Position numbers and translations under genes: made by a program. From NCBI GenBank assembly GCA_002245135.1, contig NGBS01001160.1:124001-188000 (forward strand): a DNA stretch of 64,000 bases. Direction: 5' to 3'. Source of the stretch: Proteromonas lacertae. Its lineage: Eukaryota. This document shows, one piece after another, positions 52,201-64,000 of this stretch. Numbering within the stretch: the first letter of the stretch is position 1; each line of letters begins with the position of its first letter. The notes under the pieces were generated by a model. That model did not search any database and had not been told where the DNA came from. It saw only the letters and a program-made list of their open reading frames with translations.

Positions 52201-55200
52201 TGCCATTTCTCTCTTTCAGCTAATCCACATCCTTTATTATATGGTCCATAATCATATTCATCACTTAATTCACAATCTATAGGATTAGGAATTTCACAAT
52301 TATCACCACTAAAACCATTTACACATTTACATTTATTACTTGAACAACTTCCGCCATTGTAACATTCATCATTACCAGTACAATGTCTTTCTAAACTACT
52401 TGTTATTCCATCTATCACCACATATACTTGATCATGATTATTAGATTTTACTAAATTATCAATTGTTTGTTCTATTATTTGACTATTTGAAGGTTGTAAT
52501 GATTTTATTTCAACTTTAACATTCTTATTATGTCATGATCAGTTTCACCTACTCCATTATATTCATCCATCGCATAAACTATTATTGTCAATTTATATCC
52601 ATCTGATGCTAAACCAATTGGTAATATTCCCTCATATGACATTACTCACTGAATAATCATTTAAATAACTGATTTTATCACCTACTTTTGCTGCAAATCG
52701 ATATTTCATTGAAGTTAAACTAACCCAACCACTTGCTGAGATTGAGACTTTATCACCAAATTCTACTGTATCTTTATTGGCAATTATATATCCACCATAA
52801 GGAGGCATATAAACAGTAAACTCAAATTCACTCACAAATTCATAATCTTTATACATCACTTTAAACATTACTCGATGTTTTCCACTCAACAACTTTGAAC
52901 AATCAACTGTTATTTCTTTTCCATTAACACCACTCAATGATGGTTTGAAGATATTTAAAGATTTATCATTCGAATATACCCATTCAAATGATAAAGGAGA
53001 ATAATCACCAATCACATTTCCATACAATTCTAACATATAATCATGAGGATAGATATTTTCAGTTTTTGGATTTAATACAATTATTTCAACTGTCATTTCA
53101 ATATTCTCTTCTAATACATTCACACTTACCATAGTTGAACCACTTCGCTTTGTTGTTACACCTGTCATTCTACCTGTGAATTTATAAACATTCTTTACTT
53201 TTAATGTATCACCTGGAATGGTTACAATTGAACTAGAATCTAATGTCAAAGATGAATCATCAGCTTTTACACATTTCTCATGATTATTCATTTCACATTC
53301 CCATGTATAAATGAAATTCTTTTCATATTCATCAGGATCATAGGATGAAGATATATCTAATACTACTGGATTTGCTACTGGAACATTTCGATTTGAAGCA
53401 CCATTCAATACAACTATTAAATCTCGAGGAACTATATGGATTGTCACACTTTCACTTCCAGATAAACCATTTCCATCAGATACTTTCAATGTAAATTCAT
53501 AATTACCAATGTCTAATTCACCTGGTTCGATTGATATTGTTTTAACATCTCCAGTTAAGAAATTATCTATAGATACTACTTCACTGTTATCAGTATTCTT
53601 ACCACTCCATTGATAGATTAATCCATCTGTTATAGATTCACTACCACATGTCTTTAAAACACCTCTGCCTGTTATATCAATTGTTTGATCTTTCTTGTAA
53701 CTAAGATCATTAACACCATCTATAGGATACTTCGATATATCTCTGACTTGTATCTTTTGTAATTGTTACTACTTCTGTACCAGCAGTAGGATTCAAGAAT
53801 GAAGTAACTTCCAAAGTAATAGTAAATGTATCAGGGATATTTGCATCTCCATTTATTGTAAGATAACCATCATTAGCAGTATTAGCAACATCTATTTCGT
53901 TTTTAATCAAATCAGTACTAGACTTCCATACATATTTAAATGGTCTTCCATAACCACCTTCAGAAAATAAACCATCTAATTTCAAACTACCACATTCATT
54001 TATTACATCTCCACCATTGATTACTGCTTTTACAGATGGAGGATTTTGTGGGTAATCTACAGAGATTTCTCCAGTTGCATGATGAATATGTCCTTCAGAA
54101 CTAACGATTGGATTATTATTGGATAATGTCAACTTATCATTTGGTATTATTTTAGCTCCACTTCCTAATATTATAATTATTTGTTGTGTTCCAGATTTTC
54201 TTAATTGACAGTTATCACCTAAATTATTATTTGTGAATACTGTTGAACATGCTACTTGAGATGTAGTTACACCAAATATTTCTCTATCAAACCTTACTGT
54301 TATCTTATCACCATTATCACTGAATAAACATTTTGATAATAAGGGTGTTGGAGTTCTATCTTCTATTGTTTTAGTTTCTTCACTAAATGCATTAATACTA
54401 TTTTGAGATGATCTTATTACATCACCTTTGAATGATATTGAACTAGAACCAGCTGTAACTGCTTTACTGAATTTCATTTCTAATTCATTTTCATTCACGA
54501 CTGTACATTCACTTAAACCATATAAACTTACATCACTCTCTTTAATAATTGCATTACAATCAATTTTCTTTTCAGAATCCATTCCATCAATATAAATATT
54601 CTTATCAAATATTACTTCGATTAACTCTTCTGAATCATCTTTTAACTTTAATTTGTCAATTTTTGGAGCAGCTGATCTATCTAGTTCATGTTCATAAACT
54701 ACACTTGTAACACTAATTGTCTGTTTTGATAATTCGTTGGATGAATATAAGTCATCTTCACTATTCACTTCAAATGTTAATACTTCTGTGATATTTTCTC
54801 TACAAACAGCTGCATTACTAATATATATAGTTTTTAGGTTATTATCCTTATTCAATGTAAATGCATTTGGTTTAACAACTAAGTTCTTATTTTTAGGAGT
54901 GATTGAAATATGAACATCTTTTTGTGGAATTCTTCCAACCATAACAGAAACAGCATATAGTGAATTACCAGAACATGTAAGATCAATCTTCTGTAAACTT
55001 GATTTAATTTCTGCTTTTAAATCATTTTTTACAACTGCTTCTACAGGTTTAAATGTTATTGCATTATATTGACTATCTTCACTTGACACTGTTCCAGTTA
55101 TTGAAAATGTTGTTTCACCTTTATCATTATTATAATTGTAAGATGTTAAATAATCTCTTTTCACTGAAACAGTTACTTGATCTATATTAATGAAGTCAAT

Positions 55201-57456
55201 ATTACTTGGTTCACATATTAAACTACCACAACTAAGAAGTAGATTTACAGTTTTCATTGGAGTTGTATCTAATTTGATTCTCAAAGTACCAACTACATTA
55301 TCTTCACCTATCTGATATTTTCGTACATATTCTGCAGTAAAACCAGCTTTATTAACGTTTATAATAGTAACATCATCTAAATGTTCAACAGTTTCACCTA
55401 AATGATACCATACTGTCTTCAATGTAACTACATACTTATCACCTTCATCTATATCATTGGTTGGATATGTAAAATCAACATATAATCTTCCACCATGAAT
55501 ACCAACTGATTTTTCACCATATAATTTCTTTTCACCTAAAAACACATCATAATTCACTATCAAATGCTTTCCAGGTACATTATATTGACATCTTTTACCT
55601 TCAGTACATTCTATACCAGTGACTGGTAATGTAACTGATGGATCATTATTTTGAGCATAGAAACAGACTGGTCTAATTTGATAATCATTATATGTAACAT
55701 CAGTACTAGTTACATTGAATGTAACACAAGTTCTCCAATATGGTAATGCTTGATACAATACTTGAACATAAGCGCTATTTGACATACTGTTTGCATTCAC
55801 TAAGATGTATTTATTACATCCTCCACCAGTTAGAAAACTATCACATGTTACACCTATCTTTACATCAGCGGTTGGTACACTTAATAATATCACTGCAATT
55901 GTAGATTCTTTATTACCTTGATTATCAAAGGTTATTTCTTCAGGTAATGTTGATGATCTTCGGAGTATCTCTGCTGTTGGAATTCTATTATCAGCATTGT
56001 ATTTATATACAATTTCATTATTCTTCTCACTATCATAATCAGCAGGAATTTGAATACCATTATCAGTAAGAGATAAACCTTGTGTATAATAAATATACTC
56101 TTTACCATTCAAAGATCCAGTTTGATAATTTGGAACTTTACCATCAATATATGCTTGTTCACGATTTCTTCTATCAACACCATCTCCTCTATAATACATA
56201 CCCAGTAACTTTTCATCTAATTTTATTTCTCCCATAACTATTCCATAACCAGCATGATCTCTATCAACAAAAGCAAATGAATTTATAATATCTGTTATTT
56301 TACCTGTTGATCCAACAGCATAGAATGCTTTAGATATTGTAGGAAAGTATATCGATTCACCATATGCATATAAATAAACTTGACATGACTTTAGAGTTAA
56401 TGTCTCCATTTTATTAACAAATCCAAAGAAAGATGATTTTTCTGGTTCTACATAATCAATTATTTTATCTATTTTTAAATACACAAAACTGTAAGCAAAT
56501 TCTGAACCTGAGAATTCATTCACTAAACCAGCAAATGTGGATGATGTATACATTCCATCTCCACCTAATAAAAACTTATTTCTAACTGCAAAGAATGATC
56601 CTTCAATTGATGAACTACCTTTATAGAATAGACCACCTACATGCATGTTATCATTAACAGTAAACTCTAGTAAATCAACTGTCATATTTACAGCTGTACC
56701 TTTTGTTTGTTCACCAGATATACAACCAAAATAATATGTTTTACTATCACCAGGAGAATTTAACACTAACTTATCACCTACTACAGCTAAACCTTTGATA
56801 TCACCATCATCTATCTTACCAACAATTAAACTGTTCTTCATTCCAGCACCTTTTTCTGCAGTATAACTAACGGTTATTGGATTGGTTTCATCAGTAAAAG
56901 TAAATAAAACACTAGTCATTGATGTCTTGGCCTTAATTGAATTGGCAATTATACCATTATTACCTTGAGAACAAGCTACTGTGAAACTAAAATGAAATCT
57001 GAACTGAACATCATTTATAATACCACTATCAGCATCACCAAGCATACCACATACAGTAAACACTGGAGGATTTGTCTTATCAGTTCTTGTATCTTCTAAT
57101 TTAAAATCAAAGTAAACACTCTTCATTTCAAATCCTGGTTGTATATTACCAAACTTACCAAAACTTAAACTGGCTTTATTCGCATCATTCACTTGATAAG
57201 TAACACTAATCAAAGATTTTTCACCTAAACCAATGATTTTTTTGTTAGCATTAAAATCATAAATGATATCACTACCTGAAGCGATTGTAACAGCTTTAGG
57301 AACATTAACAGTAACATCAGCTAACTCTCTTAATTTTAAGTCTTTAGATAGATTGTCACTCTTATCTAAAGAGTTGGTTGTAGAACTAACACCATCACCT
57401 GCAACCAGGTAAAAACTAGTAATACAGAATAATAAAAAACAATAATTTCTTATCAT
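49260..57456 (-). CDS. Polycystin-1/PKDREJ-like adhesion receptor (signal peptide, beta-rich ectodomain, REJ, EGF, 2x TSP1, EGF, GAIN/GPS, multi-TM region with embedded tetraspanin-like module)
   Basis: REJ motifs LDISSSYDPD and PPYGG...SASGW...LPIG; EGF CYNGGSC; TSP1 VDGGWDNWSDYSEC...RTRNC; GPS CSY...CGATHLSSF; PKD1-like RSQRILCL and YGVKF...W...S. Three ORFs need three frame corrections (near 53725, 52640, 52530). Confidence 0.8.
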
Positions 57457-57816
57457 TTTTGATGATTAGTCTGACGTGTATAATTCTTATTTAGGGAAAG
57501 TATACAAAGATGAAATTCTGATGTGAACTTCGATTTTTCTAAAGTGTAACGGTTAAGACGTTTTTATTTCTTCGGAAGCATATATTTATACCTCAACTTT
57601 GATATTTGATATATGAATTTTTTTGAAATAGTTGATTCTCTGATAAAAGTGTATTTTATATTCTTTCGTCATAGTAGTTCATTTTATTCTCAGTCAATAA
57701 TTCTGATAATAACATAATAGTGGTGACTTTTTTATTGTTATTATTATTTTATACACATTTTTTCATTTAATTTTATCAAGCCAAAACTTGAATTTTTCAT
57801 TTTTAAATCTTGAAAT

Positions 57817-59405
57817 ATGAGTTTAACATCTGATGAAGTTAATCTGTTAGTATTTAGATACTTAATAGAATCTGGTATATCTATAATTTCCACATTTATT
57901 CTAGGTTTTAATCATTCTGCATTTATTTTCTCAAATGAAAGTCTATTATCAAAATCAACAGTTGTAAATCAAGAAATTGCTCCTGGAGCACTAATTTCTT
58001 TTTTACAGAAAGGACTACAATATGTTGAAATAGAAACTCACATTCAAGAAGTATAATTAATTATTTAAGGTGTTAGGATGGATCTTTAATGGAATGTAAT
58101 GAATCTATATCAGTTTTGAAAGAACACTCATGTTCTTTAAGAGATATGAAACAACCAAGCAGTATATACACTTATTTATGGATTAAAAATAGTGGAAGTG
58201 GTAGAATCAAAATCAACAGCACCTTCTTATATGCTTCAAAAGGGAGATGTAGCTACACTAGAAGGATCTCAGCAAGAAATCACATCAGTTGCCTGGAATA
58301 TATCTAGTGATATTTTAGTATCATGGTATAACACTATTATGTTGTAATATTGAATAGTTCAAGAGATTGTACTTTGAGATTTTGGAATATTCCAGAAGGT
58401 TTTATATCTGAATCAAATGGAGTAGAAATTACTAATAACTCAATAAGAGTTGCACTAGAAGCTGATGACTATGTGAATACATTACAATGGAATGTATATA
58501 TAATATTATTTATAAATATATTATTGTTTATATTTTTGATTAGAATGATTGTTCATTATTAGTTACTGGTCATAATTTAGGAAGTTTAAGATATTGGGAT
58601 AGTAAAGGAAATAAAATATTTGAAATAAAAGAGCAGACAGATGCAGTAACAACAGTTAAATTTAGTGTATCAGGTTTATATACTGTTTCTGGAAGTGTAG
58701 ATCATTCTTTATTAGTATACGATGTTAAAGAGAGAAATACACTTAAAAAAATACAATATGAAAATAGTATATATATATCTATTTATTTATTTATTAGAAG
58801 TTATTGTTGATGTTGATTGGAAAGATGATAATACATTTTTAGCCTGTGACAATGAAGGTCATATATTATTATACAATATAGAAATATCTGAAGAGCCAAT
58901 CAAAATCTATAATGCTCATAAGGAGGATGTGAATGTAGTGAGATGGAATCCAGATAAAACATTATTTGCATCCTGTTCTGATGATCAAACAGTGAAAATA
59001 TGGAATGAAGAAAGTACTAATTCATTATATGAATTTCATCATGATAGTAATGTATATCAAATAGATTGGTGTAAAAATCCAAAGTATCATAATTATTTAG
59101 CTAGTGCTTCTTATGATAAGACTGTAATAGTATGGGATGTAGATAATGATGGTAAAATAATTCATAAATTTGATAAACATACTGGATTAGTATATTCAGT
59201 ATCATGGTCTCCATCTGGTGATTATTTAGCTAGTGGATCTATGGATAATGTAATTTATGCATGGTCAGTAAAAGATGGATCAATTATTGAAGGTTATGAT
59301 GCAAAGTATCCTATTTATGAAGTTGCTTGGAATAAAACTGGTAATAAAATTGCACTTTGTTGCTCATCTGGAATTGTTACAGTAATAAATGTCAATTCTC
59401 AATAA
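57817..59405 (+). CDS. TBL1XR1: TBL1/Sif2/HOS15-like LisH-WD40 corepressor subunit
   Basis: [26 protein letters not shown]...[18 protein letters not shown], followed by WD40 repeats ([24 protein letters not shown]); 6 introns. Confidence 0.9.
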
Positions 59406-59513
59406 ATATATTTTTAATCTTTAGTTTATTTCTCTAATTATATTTAATTTATAAAAACAACATTTACAAATATCTAAAATAAAAATAATATAAACAAATG
59501 GAAATTGTATTAT

Positions 59514-60360
59514 TTAATATCTTTTATATCCTTTTATTCCATCCATCATTGACATTTTCACAATAAAATCATTAACTATTTCATACTCACTCATTCTATC
59601 TGCAAATAACTTTAAAATAGTATCAAATAAAGAATAAACAGAAATATCAGCAGATGTAACCTATAATATTATAATATTATAATCAGAAATACTTTATCAG
59701 AAACTAAATACTCATTATTCTTTAATACATCCATTATCTTGCTTAAGAATGGTAAGACAAACAGCTTAAAGAAGAGATTCTTTTCCTATATATTAATATA
59801 CATATATATATATACATGTTCTTTCTTATTTGTAGATACAGTAATATCAACATACACTGCTTCTAATTTCCAAAACTCATGTAAAATAAAATCACAATCA
59901 CTGTTTATGTTGGATATGTTAATCCTCTCTACTTCATTATCACCATCTAAACCACTAAATGTAGATAAATATTGGTATATTGGATTGGAATGGTATAAGG
60001 TATATTCTCCTGAATTGATCTATTTATTTATTGATTAAATGATATATAAATATTCGTACAACTAATATCGGTATTGGGATTTTGAATGATTTATATATCT
60101 TGATGTATTGATCATAATCATACTCAGTTATTTTGCAGTCTAATTTTGCATAGGAAATCAGTAACCTTATTCTGTCCTAATTCATATTTAATAGTATAAA
60201 ATAATGTACAGCTGAACCTCTAGTGTTTATGTAAACAAACTCTAAGTCTTCTTTATTTGTCTTTATCTTCTTTGTTGGATGAATAGCACAATCGTCAATC
60301 TTTGCAAGTTCTCTTTTTGTAGATATTTCAACATTTGAAAGGGTACTCTACTATATTCAT
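59514..60360 (-). CDS. Glutathione S-transferase (Tyr-type, sigma/mu-like); 5' end uncertain; not in the ORF track
   Basis: Spliced exons give LEFVYINTRGSADRIRLLISYA...IPIL...YTLYHSNPIYQYLSTFSGLDG...YLVSDKVTSADISVY; TAA at 59514-59516. Confidence 0.75.
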
Positions 60361-60756
60361 AATACTTTTACTCAATTTTCTTTCATCAGTGACACATAAA
60401 CATGAAACAATTGAATGCTCACTCTGTCCACATATAATTTGTAATCTTCTCTCCAAATAACTACTACAGCTTGATGAGGCAGTTTTGATATCAAAACTGC
60501 ATATTACATTGTTTAAATCATTTTCTAATAGAATAGGCGTTGATTATTTCTACTAATTATTGTTGATCTGTACATATAGCATTCTTCTTCAATATTTGGT
60601 GTTTTATTAATACTTTTATGCAAATAATTCATTAGATTTGATGAATTGAGCATTGGTTGAAGAGTTTGAAGAATTATTTCAAAAAAGTGATTAGCGAAAA
60701 AAATAACCAATTTTAATTGTTGTATCATAAGTTGTTATTTTAAGTGTAAATTGTGT

Positions 60757-60829
60757 GGCTCGTTGGTGTAGTGGTTATCACGTCTGCTTTACACGCAGAA
60801 GGTCCCGAGTTCGACCCTCGGATGAACCA
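60757..60829 (+). tRNA. tRNA-Val (anticodon TAC)
   Basis: Cloverleaf with D arm GGTGTAGTGGTTATCAC, anticodon arm TCTGC-TTTACAC-GCAGA (TAC at 60790-60792), T arm CCGAG-TTCGACC-CTCGG and discriminator A. Confidence 0.95.
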
Positions 60830-60833
60830 CTTA

Positions 60834-60839
60834 TTTTTT
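60834..60839 (+). terminator. Pol III oligo-T terminator
   Basis: T6 run starting 5 nt after the tRNA 3' end. Confidence 0.7.
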
Positions 60840-60902
60840 CATTTTATTTTATTTCTTTATCAAAACACAAAATAATATATATACAAAGAAATTAATATTT
60901 AA

Positions 60903-63525
60903 CTAGAAAGACAGTAATAATAATATCAAAATAAAAAATGAAATAGGATAATGGTAAGAATTGTTTGAAGATACAGGTGTTTTGGTAGGAATATTCTTAT
61001 TTCCATTTAGATCAATAAAATCTCCTGTATAGACAAGTGAATATTCCTGAGGTGATGCTTTTATCATAGTTCCATTCACAATTATCTGCATTTTACATCT
61101 TCCATTATCATTATCTTTTCTTTTACTTTTAGGAACATCAATACTAACAACTTCAACATTATTAGTAACATCAGGAGCATCGTTTCCATTTGGATAATAA
61201 CGTTTATTATTACAATCAATCACCAGCAAATCTAAATTATTCACTAAAGTTAATTTACTATAAGTTACAGCTGGAGGATCTGTCCATACCAAAGTAACTT
61301 TAAGATGAGATTCTTCAACAGCATCAATCATAAAAGTATCATTTTCATACGATTCTAACTGCAATGTTTGTATAGTTAATATAAAATCAGAAGTATCTGC
61401 AAAAAACATTGATCTATCTAATTGAACTGTACCAAATCCTTGATAATAATTTGGCCATGAAGTAAACTTGTGTAATGTCATTGTTTTACTAACATATCCA
61501 TCTGTATTAACACCACTATGTATAATCATCGCTTTCACTAAAGATGCAACAGGTGTAAATGAGAATGAGTTATTCTTATAACCAGTTGGATAATATCCTT
61601 CCATAAAATATTGACGAATTAATGAGGCAGCTGCTGCAACGATTGGAGTAGACATTGAGCTATTAATATATATAAATAAAATACAAATTTATATATACGT
61701 TCCTGATCTTTCAACAGTATCACAAGTTTGTTTATTAGGATTACTATAACTTGATTTTATCTTATATCCACTAGTTACAACATCTGGTTTTATTCTACCA
61801 TCATAAGTTGGTCCTTGAGCTGAGAAATATGGAATAATATATTGTGATCTATCTGAATCTAATAATGATATTCTTTGCTCTGCATTATAAGTACTTCCCA
61901 CTGTAATAATATTCTTAGCTGTTGCTGGAGTTCCAACACTTGAACCTCCATCTTCACCATAATTACCAACAGCATAAACGATTACATAATCTGGGTTGTT
62001 ATAGATAAATTCATCTATTTGTTTACATCTATCATCATATATATTCTTTGGTGATCCCCAACTATTACTATGTATTCTAACATTGGCTGTATATGAATTT
62101 CTAAAGTAATTATTGATTAGATTACTGGGAGTGTATATTTTATCACCACCACTTCCTAAATCTATAAGATATAACTTAGATCCATAAGCTAATCCTTACA
62201 AAACTAAAATTAAAGAAAATATATATTAAGAATATGGTTAATAAAAAAAAAAGATATTTTATAAATATTATCACCATCTTCAGGAACACCAGCAATTGAA
62301 CCACAAACATGAGTTCCATGTCCACCAGCTTCATTCTCTTTACTATCAATAAATGCTTCATATTCAATCACTTTACGATGTTCAGTATTGACACTATCAA
62401 AGGACACTTCATGTTTAGAATCTTTAAAGAAACAATGCTCAATATCTAAACCTGAATCACCAACAGCTACATATTGATTCTCACCATGAATATTGTGATT
62501 CCAAATTACTGGTTCACCATCTGCACTTTGTATATAATGAGTTGCTTTATTATTTAATATTCTCTCTCTAATTTGAGGTGTTCTTTCCAATGGTAAATCT
62601 GTTGGTGTGGGTGAGATTGTGTCTATTGATATTGTATCTGTTTGTATTGAAGATATTGATGTGATAGATGGCTGTTGAAGTAAATAGGTTAGTATAAATG
62701 TATGATTGTAATTGATTGTTAATAAAACATCAGTTTTGGTTATATCGTGGAATATAAAAGGAACTATTAATAATAAATATATAAATAAATATATATACTT
62801 TCTTTTGTTGTTATTTTTTGTGAATCAGTGATATTTAAATCTGACACATTTTCATTATACACCATTTTTACATAAGTGTCGTTATTATCATCACTATTAT
62901 GTGAATGTTTTGATAATTCCATCTATATATAATATATATATATATGAGTATTTAATACATTTAAGTAGTTACTCCATTCATCAACTTCATTTTCTACATC
63001 TTTTACACTATCAAAATGTTTGGGATGAAATCTTATTACTATTGTTTCAGTTTCTTCTTCTATTCCAAATCTCACAGATAAATTATAATTCTTTAATTGT
63101 GATGGTAATAAGTAATAATATTCAATTATATCATGCTCTTTGCTTTTACTATATATTTTCTTGAATTGCTCGATTGATTCTTTATTTGTGTGAATTATGT
63201 AAATATTTGTGTTTCCTCCAACATAAGTGACTTTCTCTATCATGAAATATTGAATCATAAGATTTATTGAATTAGGGCTTGAATAGGGCTTGATTCCAAC
63301 AATATAATCTGTTACAGTTTTAGCACTAACATATTTAGTAGAGTTTTTCATAGTCTCCTATATCAAATAAAACTAATAATATACAATTAATGCATCTTCA
63401 CTAAATGAATTAACTGTATCGGGAAAAATGAAAGCATCCTTCAGTTCTTTAGCACTTAATTCTCTTGCAGGGATTAGTGAAGGAAGTATTAGTAATAATG
63501 TGATTGTTGTATATATTTGATTCAT
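60903..63525 (-). CDS. Secreted or membrane-anchored subtilisin (S8, Kp43/TagC-like) with C-terminal beta-sandwich and hydrophobic GPI-like tail
   Basis: Catalytic triad VAVGDSGLD, GGHGTHVCGSIAG and SGTSMSTP (split by an intron); also HSNSWG, DGRIKPDV and LKVTLVWTDPP...NNLDL. Signal peptide from ATG 63525. Confidence 0.92.
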
Positions 63526-63963
63526 CTGGAAATCTCGAAATACAAAAGAGTATCCAAAATGAAGTATTTTCACTTCTCTTCTTTGTAAAAGGTGATATGA
63601 TTAATATTACACAGATCCAACTACGAAGTGAATTAATATATCACTTTTTTATATACATATGTATACTAATCAATGCACATAGAAGGTATTAAAAATCAAT
63701 TACATAATTAATACTTTTTTCTACTACATAATATAAATTAATATTCTAATCATTCTGATATTGCCAATAATATTGTATTATTCCATTTTTATCAAAAACT
63801 AAGATATAAATGGTTTATTTCACTTTATTAATATATGAAAACTGTTCATAATTTAATATTTACTAATACTGTTATTAATTCATAAACTATATTACTGTAT
63901 ATATCAAAAAATGACTATTTGTTCCATTTATTATTGAAATATAGTCGTTTCATTAAAAGAATT

Positions 63964-64000
63964 ATGGAAGAACCTTGGTGGTTTACTAGAAGAGAACCTG
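63964..64000 (+). CDS. Possible start of the next gene (MEEPWWFTRREP...), truncated by the window edge
   Basis: ATG follows an AT-rich spacer and a GTCGTTTTC motif; 12 open codons with coding-like composition. Confidence 0.35.
   Translation, partial: MEEPWWFTRREP

Noticed and set aside
52530..52642. ATGTCAT/ATGACAT inverted repeat coinciding with two frame breaks (possible MITE or inversion)
   Set aside because: It is only 7 bp with no target-site duplication, and the enclosed DNA encodes the expected REJ motif (LPIG...IVYAMD) in the gene's orientation.
53694..53730. GTATCCT...CAAG as a 37-nt U12 intron explaining the frame break at about 53725
   Set aside because: It would restore the frame, but the sequence is less AT-rich than real introns here and reads as plausible REJ-region protein (VSIDGVNDLSYK) in the +1 frame. 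A single extra base is simpler, though the intron is not fully excluded.
23001..59405. Functional clustering of chromatin corepressor genes (SAP30-PHD and TBL1)
   Set aside because: They are 34 kb apart, separated by unrelated genes, and belong to different complexes; there is no evidence of a cluster.
1..64000. Alternative genetic code or stop-codon reassignment as the cause of the fragmented ORFs
   Set aside because: Internal stops fall inside GT-AG introns or just after frame breaks, and TAA, TAG and TGA all serve as true terminal stops.
1..64000. Mobile elements, rRNA, or prokaryotic operon/defence systems
   Set aside because: No transposase, RT, integrase, terminal repeats or rRNA-like sequence recognised. 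The bacterial-type domains sit in intron-containing eukaryotic genes.

Overview
This is a gene-dense, strongly AT-rich eukaryotic window in the standard genetic code, with many very short introns (mostly about 25-45 nt, GTA...TAG). It looks like a Blastocystis-type (Opalinata) stramenopile. That is inferred from intron size, expanded putative-Ig/PA14/HRM surface proteins and TGTTT(G/A)TT motifs after stop codons, and was not confirmed by any search. Manual splicing joins the ORF fragments into 21 protein genes plus a possible partial one: TBC1D31, two LRR proteins (one a pseudokinase), two Ig/PA14 surface proteins (one about 3,500 aa), three tandem C4 zinc-finger genes, a SAP30-PHD fusion missing from the ORF track, NOL6, a stand-alone SPX protein, three tandem single-pass membrane paralogs, a large helical/EF-hand-like protein, a TSET TSPOON-like subunit with a long extension, ABCA, a polycystin-1-like GPS protein, TBL1, a GST and a subtilisin. 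There is also one tRNA-Val(TAC). The strongest leads are a tetraspanin-like module inside the polycystin-like receptor, the SAP30-ING-PHD fusion, a telomerase-template-like sequence in an unusually long convergent gap, a candidate AT-AA minor intron, and about 11 single-base frame breaks that are nearly all +1 (assembly error is the default explanation). All domain calls are by eye.
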